This document shows, piece after piece, positions 35,402-44,706 of a stretch of DNA of 62,017 nucleotides. A model generated the notes under the pieces. The model made no database searches. It had not been told where the DNA came from and was given only the letters and a program-made list of their open reading frames with translations. The DNA lies in contig JBAXTA010000001.1 in NCBI GenBank assembly GCA_037130415.1, forward strand, positions 1 through 62,017, read 5' to 3'. This stretch comes from Spirochaetota bacterium. GTDB taxonomy: Bacteria > Spirochaetota > Spirochaetia > Treponematales > Rectinemataceae. The stretch's first letter is position 1. Each line of letters starts with the position of its first letter. The translations under genes were made by a program, and so were the position numbers.

Positions 35402-36952
35402 ATGAAGCGAATTCTCATTCTGGCTCTCGGGCTCGCGATGGTCATCGCGGGCACGGGGACCTTCGCCCAGGCCAACACCCTCGTCTACGGCACGACCGAC
35501 AAGGTCACTGACATGGACCCCGCGAGTGCCTACGATTTCCACACCTGGGAAATATTCCAGAACATCAACAAGGGGCTCCTCACCTACACCCCCGGCACCA
35601 CCGAGGTAATTCCCGGCCTTGCCGAAAGCTACAGTGCGAACGCGAAGGGCGACGAGTTCACCTTCAAGCTCCGCAAGGGCCTCAAGTTCACCGACGGCAC
35701 TGCCTTCGATGCCTCCGTGGTCAAATGGAGCGTCGACCGTGTCGCCGCCCTCAAGGGAGACCCCTCCTGGCTCGTTACCGACTTCGTCAAGGAAGTCGTT
35801 GTCGTCGACCAGTACACGGTCAAGTTTGTCCTCAACGGGCCGATAGCCTACTTCCCGACCATCGTGGCCGGTACGCCCGTCTACTTCCCCCTGAGCCCCA
35901 AGGTCTATCCGGTCGACAGGATCGTCAAGGAACCGGCCGAGCTCGAGGGCGGTGCCCTCGTCGGACTCGGACCCTACAAGGTCACCTCCTTCAAGCGCGA
36001 TGAGGAGGTCATCCTCGAGGCCAATCCCAGCTACTACGGCAAGGCCCCCGCGATCAAGAAGGTCATCATCAAGTACTTCGCCGATGCCACGACCCTCCGC
36101 CTCGCCATCGAGAAGGGCGACATCGACGTTGCCTTCAAGACCCTCAACCCCTCGGACATCACCGACCTCGCGAAGGCCGGCAAGCTCAGCTATTCCAAGC
36201 TGCCCGGTCCCTTTATCCGCTACCTCGCCTTCAACACCGATGTTTCCGATTTCAAGGACAAGCGGCTCCGCCAGGCTGTCGCTGCCTTGGTCAACAGGCC
36301 CGACTTCAACCAGAAGGTCTTCCTCGGCCAGAACGCCCCCCTCTACTCCATGGTTCCCCAGGGCATGATCTATGCCGGCCAGGACTTCAAGACCGCCTTC
36401 GGTGATGGCAATGTCGCTGCCGCCGAGAAGCTCCTCAAGGCTGCCGGATACTCCGCCGCCAAGCCCTTCGAGTTCGACCTCTGGTACTCTCCGAGCCACT
36501 ACGGCGACACCGAAGCCAACCTCGCCGAGGTCGTCAAGGCCCAGCTCGAGAAGACCTCCCTCATCAAGGCGACGCTCAAGAACGCCGAGTGGGCCACCTA
36601 CAAGACCCAGTGGAAGAACAAGCAGATGGGAGTCTTCTTCCTCGGCTGGTACCCCGACTATATCGATCCGGACAACTACACTGCAGCCTTCGCCGGCACC
36701 AGCGGCTCCATTGGCATGGGTATCTTCTTCTCTAGCAAGGAGTGGGACGCCCTCTTCGAGAAGGAGCAGACCAGCACCGATGCCAAGGTCCGGGCCGATG
36801 TCTTCGCCAAGGTCCAGAAGATGTGGACCGACGAGGTTCCGACCGTTCCCCTCTTCCAGGGCAACCTCAACATCTTTACCCAGAAGAACGTGAGCGGCGT
36901 GAAGATCGGCCCGACCCTCATTTTCAACTACGACGTCGTCTCGAAGAAGTAA
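35402..36952 (+). CDS. ABC transporter substrate-binding protein, family 5 (DppA/OppA-like peptide/nickel type)
   Basis: The ORF track starts at 35204. ATG 35402 gives MKRILILALGLAMVIAGTGTFAQA (signal peptide). Family-5 SBP features (LVYGTTDKVTDMDPA.., YSANAKGDEFTFKLRKGLKFTDGT, WYPDYIDPDNY). Confidence 0.9.
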   Translation: MKRILILALGLAMVIAGTGTFAQANTLVYGTTDKVTDMDPASAYDFHTWEIFQNINKGLLTYTPGTTEVIPGLAESYSANAKGDEFTFKLRKGLKFTDGTAFDASVVKWSVDRVAALKGDPSWLVTDFVKEVVVVDQYTVKFVLNGPIAYFPTIVAGTPVYFPLSPKVYPVDRIVKEPAELEGGALVGLGPYKVTSFKRDEEVILEANPSYYGKAPAIKKVIIKYFADATTLRLAIEKGDIDVAFKTLNPSDITDLAKAGKLSYSKLPGPFIRYLAFNTDVSDFKDKRLRQAVAALVNRPDFNQKVFLGQNAPLYSMVPQGMIYAGQDFKTAFGDGNVAAAEKLLKAAGYSAAKPFEFDLWYSPSHYGDTEANLAEVVKAQLEKTSLIKATLKNAEWATYKTQWKNKQMGVFFLGWYPDYIDPDNYTAAFAGTSGSIGMGIFFSSKEWDALFEKEQTSTDAKVRADVFAKVQKMWTDEVPTVPLFQGNLNIFTQKNVSGVKIGPTLIFNYDVVSKK

Positions 36953-36973
36953 GCGAAGAGCCTTCAGTTTCAG

Positions 36974-36999
36974 GGGCCGTCCTTCGGGGCGGCCCTTTT
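36974..36999 (+). terminator. Intrinsic terminator/attenuator after the SBP gene
   Basis: 9-bp G/C-rich stem gggccgtcc / gggcggccc with a TTCG tetraloop, followed by TTTT. It lies 22 nt after the stop at 36952. Confidence 0.7.
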
Positions 37000-37001
37000 G
37001 C

Positions 37002-37031
37002 TTGACAAGCCTCAAGGGACTCCCGGATAAT
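37002..37031 (+). promoter_or_regulatory. Putative internal promoter for the permease/ATPase genes
   Basis: TTGACA (37002-37007), an 18-nt spacer, then GATAAT (37026-37031), directly after the terminator. Confidence 0.45.
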
Positions 37032-37098
37032 CGCGCAACCTTTTCGTAGGCTCGGGCGCGTGCGTTCGCTAGCCCGGGAGGCCCGGGGGAGCGACAGC

Positions 37099-38115
37099 AT
37101 GAAGCGGATTCTGAACTACCTCATAGTGCGGATACTCCTCACCATCCCGATGCTTTTCATACTCCTCACCCTCGTGTTCGTTGTCCTCCGTGTAATGCCC
37201 GGGGACCCGGTCTCTTCGATGCTCGGCGGCCACGCGCCCCAGGCGGTCATCGATGCGAAGCGGGAAGCCCTCGGGCTCAACAAGCCCATCTTTTTCCAGT
37301 ACCTCGACTACCTCGGCCAGCTCGCGCGTCTGGACCTCGGAGAGTCGATGAACTTCAAGGAGAAGGTCTCGACGCCCATCCTCCAGAAGCTGCCTGCAAC
37401 AGTCGAGCTAACCCTCGCTGGCATCATTGTCGCCCTCGGTGTCGGTATCCCCCTGGGCGTCAGATCGGCGCGGCTGCGCCGCACCTGGCAAGACAGCGTA
37501 ATCCGCTTCTTTGCCAACATTACCTACTGCATCCCCGTCTACTGGATGGGCCTGATGTTCCAGATGCTCTTTGGCGTCTTCTTAAACCTTTTTCCCATAT
37601 CCGGGCGTGTGGGTACCCGGGTCGATTCCTCAGAGTTCGACCGGACGGGCTTCTATATTATCGACACCCTCATCAAGGGCAACTTCACGGCCTTCGGCGA
37701 CGTGATGTACCACCTCGTCCTGCCGGCCGTCACGCTGGGCCTGACCCTTTCGGGCGTCTTCATCCGGATGACGCGGGCCAACATGCTCGACAGCCTCAAG
37801 AGCGACTTTGTCCTTGCGACGAGGGCACGGGGCGTGGCGGAAAACCGCGTCGTCTACACCCACGCGCTCAAGAACGCCCTCATCCCCGTCGTCACCATCC
37901 TCGGACTGGAGTTTGCGGCCCTCCTCGCCGGAGCGATCCTCACCGAAACGACCTTCTCCTGGCCGGGCATGGGGAGGCTCCTTCTGGAGCGCATCTACAA
38001 CCGCGACTATCCGGTCATCCAGGGCATCATCATCTTCTACGCCCTCTTTGTGAGCGTTGTTTCCCTCCTCGTCGACATCATCTACGCGGTCATCGATCCC
38101 CGCGTGAAGCTGTAG
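37099..38115 (+). CDS. ABC transporter permease (DppB/OppB-like)
   Basis: ATG 37099 gives MKRILNYLIVRILLTIPMLFIL..VMPGDPV, a canonical DppB N-terminus. The protein is polytopic. Confidence 0.9.
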   Translation: MKRILNYLIVRILLTIPMLFILLTLVFVVLRVMPGDPVSSMLGGHAPQAVIDAKREALGLNKPIFFQYLDYLGQLARLDLGESMNFKEKVSTPILQKLPATVELTLAGIIVALGVGIPLGVRSARLRRTWQDSVIRFFANITYCIPVYWMGLMFQMLFGVFLNLFPISGRVGTRVDSSEFDRTGFYIIDTLIKGNFTAFGDVMYHLVLPAVTLGLTLSGVFIRMTRANMLDSLKSDFVLATRARGVAENRVVYTHALKNALIPVVTILGLEFAALLAGAILTETTFSWPGMGRLLLERIYNRDYPVIQGIIIFYALFVSVVSLLVDIIYAVIDPRVKL

Positions 38116-38124
38116 GAGCGCCCC

Positions 38125-39045
38125 ATGGCAGAGAACATGAAGCCAACAGAAGTGGAGAGCCGCCGGCTCTGGTCACCCGCTGGCGCCCTTTCCTCGGCGA
38201 TCGGCGCTTTTTCCAGGTCAGCGAAGCGCTACCGGATGGAGTGGTGGATCCTTGTTGCCGGCCTCCTCATCGTTGCCCTCATCCTCTTCATGACCTTTTT
38301 CCCCGGGCTCTTTTCGGCCTATTCCCCGAACTCCCAGGACGGGCCCCAGCTCAAGGCGCCCTCGCCCGGCCACATGATGGGCACTGACAACCTCGGGCGA
38401 GACGTCTGGGCCCGCGTGGTTTACGGTTCACAGACCATCCTCGGGGTCGCCATCTCGGCTTCCCTTCTCTCCGCCATAGTAGGCATCCCCCTCGGTCTCA
38501 TCTCCGGCTTTGCCGGCAACTGGGCCGACAAGGTCCTCTCCCTCATCATGGATTCCATCTACTCCTTCCCCGGCCTCATCCTCGCGATAGCCTTCGCCGC
38601 GATGCTCGGACCCGGCGTCGTCAACATCACGCTGGCGGTGGCGGTGGTCTACGTGCCGAAATACTTCCGCCTCGTGCGGGGTCAGACCCTGCAAATCAAG
38701 GAAGAGCCCTACGTCGAGGCCGCCAAGGCCATCGGCGCAAAGCGCTCCACCACGCTCTTCCGCTACGTCTTTCCCAACGTCATCGCCACGGTGGTGGTGG
38801 TCTTCTCGCTCAACATCGCCGATGCGATCATGACCGAGGCAGCCCTCTCCTTCATTGGCCTTGGCCTCCCTGCCGGCATCCCCGACTGGGGCATGGACCT
38901 CTCGATGGGAAAGAAATTCCTGCCCTCGGGCACCTGGTGGATGATCACCTTCCCCGGCCTCGCGATCATGCTCCTGGCCCTCGGCTTCACGATGCTGGGC
39001 GAGGGTCTCGCTGAGATCCTCAACCCGCGGCTCCAGGAGTATTGA
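38125..39045 (+). CDS. ABC transporter permease (DppC/OppC-like)
   Basis: 306 aa. HMMGTDNLGRDVWARVVYGS is the typical DppC motif. An EAA loop is present. Confidence 0.9.
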   Translation: MAENMKPTEVESRRLWSPAGALSSAIGAFSRSAKRYRMEWWILVAGLLIVALILFMTFFPGLFSAYSPNSQDGPQLKAPSPGHMMGTDNLGRDVWARVVYGSQTILGVAISASLLSAIVGIPLGLISGFAGNWADKVLSLIMDSIYSFPGLILAIAFAAMLGPGVVNITLAVAVVYVPKYFRLVRGQTLQIKEEPYVEAAKAIGAKRSTTLFRYVFPNVIATVVVVFSLNIADAIMTEAALSFIGLGLPAGIPDWGMDLSMGKKFLPSGTWWMITFPGLAIMLLALGFTMLGEGLAEILNPRLQEY

Positions 39046-40187
39046 GCATGCCAGCTACAATGCCAGCTACAATGCCAGAAATGAAAACCGCCACCGGCGG
39101 GCGCGCAGGGCCGCCATCGGGCGAAGGAGCCGTCGCCGGGAACGGCGAGGTCCTCCTCGGTGTGAGGAACCTCAGCATCCACTATCCGATCGCAATTGGT
39201 ACGGTCCGCGCGGTGACGGACCTGAGCCTCGACGTCTACCGCGGCGAGGTCCTCGGTGTCGTCGGCGAGTCGGGCTGCGGAAAATCGACCTTCGGCCTCT
39301 CCATCCTCAACCTCCAGAAGTCGCCGGGCCGCATTGTCTCCGGCGAGATCCTGGTCAATGGGCGCGACATCCTCGCCCTCGGAGCCGAGGGCATCAGGGC
39401 CGTGCGCGGGCCGAAGATCGGCATGATCTTCCAGAATCCACTCACCTCCCTCGACCCACTGATGTCCATCAAGGACCATTTCATCGAGACCATGCGCGCC
39501 CACGACCCGAAGATCAGGAAGGGCCAGATCATCGCCCGGGCAGAGGCCATGCTCGAGGATCTCGGCATCGAAAAGCGCCGGCTGTCGGAGTATCCCTTCC
39601 AGCTCTCGGGCGGAATGCGCCAGCGCATCATGATAGGCCTCACCCTCATCCTCGACCCGGAGCTCCTCCTGGCTGACGAGCCGACGACGGCCCTCGACGT
39701 CATCGTCGAGGCGGGTTTCACCGAACTCCTGGCCAAGCTGAAGCGGAAATACAACCTGACGGTCGTCCTCGTTTCGCACAACCTCGGGCTGGTCGCCGAG
39801 ATCGCCGACCGCATCGCCGTCATGTATGCAGGCCGCATCGTCGAGCTGGCCACCGCCCTCGAGATCTTCCAGGACCCTCGCCACCCCTACACCCGGGGCC
39901 TCATGGACTGCGTGCCCAACATCCTCCTCGACCGCAAGGAGCTCGTGGCCATGCCGGGCAGCCCCCCCGATCTCGTAAACGACTCACCCTGCTGCCCCTT
40001 CGCCCCCCGCTGCCCGAAGGTCTTTGCCCGCTGCCTGGCCGAGACGCCGCACCTCCTTGCCGATGCCGCCCTGGCAGGCGCCCTCTCGGGCGCCGCCCCC
40101 GCCCCCGCAGGCGCCGACCCCGCGTCCGCCGCCCCGGCGCGCGCCGCCCGGGCAGTAGCCTGTTTCCTCCATGAAAGGACCAATTGA
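39042..40187 (+). CDS. ABC transporter ATP-binding protein (DppD/OppD-like)
   Basis: Walker A GESGCGKST, signature LSGGMRQR, Walker B LLADEPTTALD, and an oligopeptide C-terminal Cys motif. It has an unusual N-terminal MPAT repeat and an Ala/Pro-rich C-terminal tail. Confidence 0.9.
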   Translation: MSMPATMPATMPEMKTATGGRAGPPSGEGAVAGNGEVLLGVRNLSIHYPIAIGTVRAVTDLSLDVYRGEVLGVVGESGCGKSTFGLSILNLQKSPGRIVSGEILVNGRDILALGAEGIRAVRGPKIGMIFQNPLTSLDPLMSIKDHFIETMRAHDPKIRKGQIIARAEAMLEDLGIEKRRLSEYPFQLSGGMRQRIMIGLTLILDPELLLADEPTTALDVIVEAGFTELLAKLKRKYNLTVVLVSHNLGLVAEIADRIAVMYAGRIVELATALEIFQDPRHPYTRGLMDCVPNILLDRKELVAMPGSPPDLVNDSPCCPFAPRCPKVFARCLAETPHLLADAALAGALSGAAPAPAGADPASAAPARAARAVACFLHERTN

Positions 40188-40188
40188 T

Positions 40189-41154
40189 ATGGCAACCCTC
40201 GTAAAGGCCGAGCGCCTGGTCAAGGAATTCCACGTCAAGAGCGCGATCCTTTCGCCGAAGAAGATCGTTCACGCTGTGGACGATGTCAGCTTCGAGATAG
40301 CCGAGGGCGAGGTCCTGGGTCTGGCTGGCGAGTCGGGCTCGGGCAAATCGACCACGGGACGGCTCCTTCTCCGTCTCATCGAGCCGAGCTCCGGCAAGGT
40401 GGAATATCGCGGCACCGACGTGACAGCCTTTGGCTCCGAGGAACTCCGGAGGCTGCGCCAGAAGATCCAGATCGTATTCCAGGACCCCGTGAGCAGTCTG
40501 AGTCCGAGGATGAGCGTCGGGCAGGCCATCGGCCACCCCCTCGAAATCCATCGCATCGGCGCCAAGGAATCGAGGAAGGACCTGGTGCTATCCATCATGG
40601 AGAAGGTGGGACTTTCCCCGGCGGACTACATCTATCGCAAGTACCCGCACCAGCTTTCCGGCGGCCAGAGTCAGCGTGTGGTCCTGGCGCGGGCCCTCGT
40701 GACGAGGCCCGACTTCGTGGTGGCCGACGAACCTATAGCGATGGCCGACGTTTCCGTGCGCGCCCTGATCCTCAGGCTCATGCAGGACCTCAAGGCCGAA
40801 TTTGGATTGACCTACCTCTTCATTACCCACGACCTGGCGACAGCCAAGTATCTCTGCGACCGTGTGGCCATCATGTACCTCGGACGCATCGTGGAACTCG
40901 CCTCGCGGGACGAGCTTTTCAGCAGGCCCCACCATCCCTACGCCAAGGCCTTGCTCGCGGCTGTCCCGATTCCCGATCCGCGGGTCCGCAAGCCCAAGAA
41001 CCTGCCCTCGGGCGAGATCCCCAGCGCCATCGACCCGCCAGGAGGCTGCCACTTCCACCCCCGCTGTCCCCACGCGATGAAGGTCTGCTCCGAAGGGCGC
41101 CCGCCACTGCGTGAGGTTGCGCCCGGCCATGTGTCGGCCTGCTACCTTGATTAG
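40189..41154 (+). CDS. ABC transporter ATP-binding protein (DppF/OppF-like)
   Basis: ATG 40189 lies 2 nt after the DppD-like stop, with AAGGA upstream. Walker A GESGSGKST, signature LSGGQSQRV, Walker B VVADEP, C-terminal GCHFHPRCP. Confidence 0.9.
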   Translation: MATLVKAERLVKEFHVKSAILSPKKIVHAVDDVSFEIAEGEVLGLAGESGSGKSTTGRLLLRLIEPSSGKVEYRGTDVTAFGSEELRRLRQKIQIVFQDPVSSLSPRMSVGQAIGHPLEIHRIGAKESRKDLVLSIMEKVGLSPADYIYRKYPHQLSGGQSQRVVLARALVTRPDFVVADEPIAMADVSVRALILRLMQDLKAEFGLTYLFITHDLATAKYLCDRVAIMYLGRIVELASRDELFSRPHHPYAKALLAAVPIPDPRVRKPKNLPSGEIPSAIDPPGGCHFHPRCPHAMKVCSEGRPPLREVAPGHVSACYLD

Positions 41155-41167
41155 GCCGGGCTTGGAA

Positions 41168-41980
41168 ATGAAAGCTGCGCCCGTCTGCAGCCTGGGTTTT
41201 CCAGCTCCGCGCGGGGGTCGGTCAGACAGGCCGGCACTCCAGAGCCGCATATATCCATTCGTCATAGCTACGATATTTATAGTTGCCACCATGCTTGGCT
41301 GTGCGAAGGGCGCTTCGGTCCCGGCAGCATCGCCGGCTGCAGCCGCGGCTTCAGCGAAGGTGGCGCCTTTGGCGGTGGTGCCCTCGGCCATCGTAATCCT
41401 CATCCGGGAAGCAGTGTCTGGCGCCACGGCGGAGGCCCCGGCGGAGGCCCCGGCGAGCGCGGCCAGACAGACGGCAGCCGGGAAGGGCAAGGCGGCCACC
41501 TATGAGCTCAGGACCATCCCGGAGGGCAAGCAATCGCTGTCCCAACGGGCGCAGATCCTTTTTACGGATACCTTGGCCAGCAGGAAGGTCGATGCAATGG
41601 TGATTCAACCGGCGCACGCTGGCATCGCCGAAGCCATCCACCGTTCCCGCAGCGCCGACTCTGCTACGCTCTGGATCCTTGCCAGGCCGGGGGACAGTGC
41701 GCTGGCTGTCGAGTCGGAGGCCGATCTTGCTGTCGAGGTAGGTGGCATCGCGGATGGGCAGGAACTCGACCCGGACCTCGATGCGGCCCTTTCCCGCGGG
41801 CTCTGCGAACTTGCGCGAAGGGCAAGGATGAAGGGCCTCCGGGTCGATGACAGGGCCGTGGTCAAGGCTGCCCTCGATTCCGTCGGTGGCTACGAATGGG
41901 CCGTGGACTATCGTGTCGATCCCGACACCGGCGTCAAGGCCAAGGCCCACGTGGTGGCGACACCACAGCCCAGGGGCTGA
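41168..41980 (+). CDS. Hypothetical protein, possibly a lipoprotein
   Basis: Open frame with coding-like G/C third-position bias. A hydrophobic stretch ends in a Cys (IYPFVIATIFIVATMLGC). I recognise no family motif, and the start is uncertain (41111, 41168, or later). Confidence 0.4.
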   Translation: MKAAPVCSLGFPAPRGGRSDRPALQSRIYPFVIATIFIVATMLGCAKGASVPAASPAAAAASAKVAPLAVVPSAIVILIREAVSGATAEAPAEAPASAARQTAAGKGKAATYELRTIPEGKQSLSQRAQILFTDTLASRKVDAMVIQPAHAGIAEAIHRSRSADSATLWILARPGDSALAVESEADLAVEVGGIADGQELDPDLDAALSRGLCELARRARMKGLRVDDRAVVKAALDSVGGYEWAVDYRVDPDTGVKAKAHVVATPQPRG

Positions 41981-42008
41981 AGCCCAGGGACTGCAGCCCA
42001 GGGGCTGA
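41967..42008. repeat. 3 x 14-nt tandem repeat (agcccaggggctga / agcccagggactgc / agcccaggggctga)
   Basis: Read directly from the sequence. It spans the stop codon at 41978-41980 and the convergent intergenic region. Each unit contains short self-complementary arms (agccc/gggct). Confidence 0.8.
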
Positions 42009-42017
42009 GGGCAGCCC

Positions 42018-43490
42018 TCAACTACCCTTATAACTAAGTACTTCTTTCTCAAGCCTGTCCTTCCAGGCCAGCAGCGCCTGGAGCATGCCACGGTCGCGGG
42101 CAGGCGTCGATGGATCGGCGAGGCGCTGCTCTATCATCCTCGCATAGGCGGCGATGCCCGTGGCCTTGGCCGCCGGGGGGTGCTGGAGCCTGCTCGCGCA
42201 GAAGTCCCTCCAGCGCCTCGCCTCCTCGCTGCCGAGGGTTTCGGGGAAGTTGCGCCCGTAGAGCCGCCGGATCATCTGGGGCAGGCGGTCGTCGACAAAG
42301 CGCAGGGAGTAGAGTTCCTGCTTGACGGCTGCCGGGCCGGAAGCGGCCAGCATGGCGTGCACACGATGCATCTTCTCGCGGTCCTCCTCGAGGAAGAAGC
42401 CTCCCGAGTAGATGCAGAGGTCGGGGTCGTCGGGTTGCTCGATGGGTTCGGGCATCGCATAGACGGCGACCAGTTTTTGCAGCAGTTCCCTGCTTTTCGT
42501 GAGCATTACCCTGTTGCGTTCGCAGGCGCCAAGGTCGATGCCGAGCCGTTCTGCCGTTGGACCGTCCATGACCCTGGCCTCGGCGAGGAAGGGAGATCGG
42601 TTCAATTGGATGTTTACCAGGGGAAGCCGTGGCACGTCGAGCTCGTCCTTTTTCGTGAAGACGCGGCGGCGAAGCTCTTCGACGGGCAGGTCGAGGATGT
42701 CGCCCGGGTCGAAGCGCAGGTCGATGGCAATGAGCTGGTTTTCGCGGTTGGGGTCAAAGGCCAGGGGTGCGACCAGGGTGCTGCAGCCCCCCGGCCCGCT
42801 GTGCAGCGCCGAGGAATGTACGAGGGGAGCGCGCTCGTCGAGCTTGATGAGGGGCCTGAGCGCCTTCTTTCCCCTGTGCCTGAGGTGCCACTCGAAGAGC
42901 TTCGGTTGCCGCTCCCGGAGGAGCCGCGCGAAGCCCATGGTCGCCAGGACATCGCTTGTCGCATCGTGGGCTGACTCATGGGCGATGCCGTTGGCCTTGG
43001 CGAGGGCCTCGAGCCTGAATACGGGCTTTCCGTTCTCATCCGTCGGCCACACGATGCCCTCGGGTCTGAGGTCCCGCGCTGCCCGGGCCAGGTCGATGAT
43101 GTCCCAGCGCGAGCAGGAGTTCGCCCACTCGCGCTCGTAGGGGTCGAGGAGGTTGCGATAGAAAAGGTTGCGCACGAACTCGTCGTCGAACTGTGCGGTG
43201 TTGAATCCTACGCTCGTCGTGGCCGGCTGGGTCATTTCGGCGCGGAGCATCCTCGCGAACTCGTATTCGGACAGGCCGACCTCGGTGGCATGCTGGGGCG
43301 TGATGCCGTGGACCAGGCAGGACTCGGGGCTGGGGAGGTAGTCAGGGGTGGGCCGCAGGTAGGTGACGAGCCGCTCACCGATGGGTTCCAGCCTGGCGTT
43401 GCTGCGGACGGCGGCGAATTGGGCGATGCGGTCGCCCCGGGAATCGAGGCCGAAGGTCTCCAGGTCGTACCAGAGGAAGCTTGGTGGCAT
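42018..43490 (-). CDS. sbcB: Exodeoxyribonuclease I
   Basis: The ORF track extends to 43793. ATG 43490 gives MPPSFLWYDLETFGLD..DRIAQFAAVR, a canonical ExoI N-terminal DEDD motif. About 490 aa. Confidence 0.9.
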   Translation of the reverse strand: MPPSFLWYDLETFGLDSRGDRIAQFAAVRSNARLEPIGERLVTYLRPTPDYLPSPESCLVHGITPQHATEVGLSEYEFARMLRAEMTQPATTSVGFNTAQFDDEFVRNLFYRNLLDPYEREWANSCSRWDIIDLARAARDLRPEGIVWPTDENGKPVFRLEALAKANGIAHESAHDATSDVLATMGFARLLRERQPKLFEWHLRHRGKKALRPLIKLDERAPLVHSSALHSGPGGCSTLVAPLAFDPNRENQLIAIDLRFDPGDILDLPVEELRRRVFTKKDELDVPRLPLVNIQLNRSPFLAEARVMDGPTAERLGIDLGACERNRVMLTKSRELLQKLVAVYAMPEPIEQPDDPDLCIYSGGFFLEEDREKMHRVHAMLAASGPAAVKQELYSLRFVDDRLPQMIRRLYGRNFPETLGSEEARRWRDFCASRLQHPPAAKATGIAAYARMIEQRLADPSTPARDRGMLQALLAWKDRLEKEVLSYKGS

Positions 43491-43668
43491 GGCCCGATGA
43501 TACAGCGGGCGGGGCTTCCACCGCCACAGGAAGCTCTGGCCTCGGTCGGCCTCTTCCAAGGCTCTTGGGTTGCGATCCCCCCGCGCCGATGCGCAAATCC
43601 ATCGCTTGACCGAAGGGGATGGCAAAGGCGAGGATGATGCGGCATAGGCTAATGCAAAGGAGCACAGG

Positions 43669-44670
43669 ATGATCGAAGGAAGGCTGGCTTGGGGTCTTTT
43701 GTCCACGGCACGGATCAACTCGGTGGTCATACCGCCCATCGGCGCATCGATGCGCTCCATGCTCCTGGCTGTCGCAAGCCGCGAAGCGCCCAAGGCCCTT
43801 GCCTACGCCGAAGCCAGATCCATCCCCAGGGCCTACGGGTCCTATGAGGAGATGCTCGCGGATCCCGACCTCGATGTCGTGTACAACTCCCTTCCCAACA
43901 GCCTCCACGCCCAGTGGTCCATCAAGGCCCTGCGCGCGGGCAAGCACGTGCTCTGCGAAAAGCCGATGGCGCTGACGGTTGCCGAGGCTGACGAGTTGGC
44001 TGAAACAGCCAAGTCCAGCGGCCGGGTGGTGGCCGAGGCTTTCATGTACCGCCACCATCCGCAGACCCGCCTGGTGCGGAAGCTCGTGATGGAGGGAGCG
44101 GTGGGTCGGGTCCTTTCGATGCGGGGTTCCTTCACCTTCGGGATAAAGGACGAATCCGATCCGCGCCTCAATGGCGAACTCGGGGGAGGTTCGATCTGGG
44201 ATATCGGATGCTATCCAATCAGTTATGCACGTTTTGTCGCAGGGGCCGAGCCAGTGGAGGCGCGTGGCCGGGCCGTGATGGGAAAGGGTGGTGTCGATGA
44301 GGGCTTCTGGGGAGATCTCCTCTTTCCGAAAACGGAAATCCTCGCCGAGGGCTGCCTCCTCCAGTTCGACTCGGGCTTCCGTTCGCCCTATCGAACCCGC
44401 TTCGAGATCTCGGGCACAGAGGGAACGCTTACGGTCAGCTCTCCCTTCAAACCCGAAGCGGGAGACACGATTACCTTGAAACGCCTGGACCGTACCGAGA
44501 CGATCGAGCTTGCCGCGGTCGAACTGTACGCGGGAGAGATAGCCGACATCGAAGCGGCAGTCATCGACGGAAAGCCGCAGGCCGTGGGGCTCGCCGACTC
44601 TCGGGGCAACGCCGCGGCCATAGTCGCACTCATCAAGGCTGCGCGCTCAAAAAGCACGGTCAGCCTCTGA
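43669..44670 (+). CDS. Gfo/Idh/MocA-family NAD(P)-dependent oxidoreductase
   Basis: 333 aa. N-terminal Rossmann segment and the characteristic KHVLCEKPMALT motif. Confidence 0.85.
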   Translation: MIEGRLAWGLLSTARINSVVIPPIGASMRSMLLAVASREAPKALAYAEARSIPRAYGSYEEMLADPDLDVVYNSLPNSLHAQWSIKALRAGKHVLCEKPMALTVAEADELAETAKSSGRVVAEAFMYRHHPQTRLVRKLVMEGAVGRVLSMRGSFTFGIKDESDPRLNGELGGGSIWDIGCYPISYARFVAGAEPVEARGRAVMGKGGVDEGFWGDLLFPKTEILAEGCLLQFDSGFRSPYRTRFEISGTEGTLTVSSPFKPEAGDTITLKRLDRTETIELAAVELYAGEIADIEAAVIDGKPQAVGLADSRGNAAAIVALIKAARSKSTVSL

Positions 44671-44681
44671 GGGGCAAGGCT

Positions 44682-44706
44682 GCCCTGATCCAAAGCTGAT
44701 CAGGGC
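44682..44706. terminator. Hairpin between convergent genes
   Basis: 9-bp perfect arms gccctgatc / gatcagggc with a 7-nt loop. The right arm overlaps the stop codon of the thioesterase gene. Confidence 0.4.

Noticed and set aside
35390-37015. 541-aa minus-strand ORF
   Set aside because: It is antisense to the family-5 SBP gene. Its translation is a monotonous G/E/V/L/D-rich sequence, so I treat it as a shadow ORF.
40588-41499. 303-aa minus-strand ORF
   Set aside because: Its 3' two-thirds is antisense to the well-supported DppF-like ATPase gene. The remainder competes with the plus-strand ORF 41168-41980, and I cannot support either strongly, so only the plus-strand ORF is reported, at low confidence.
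41967-42008. Tandem 14-nt repeats considered as a CRISPR-like array
   Set aside because: The units are directly adjacent with no spacers, are too short, and there are only three copies.
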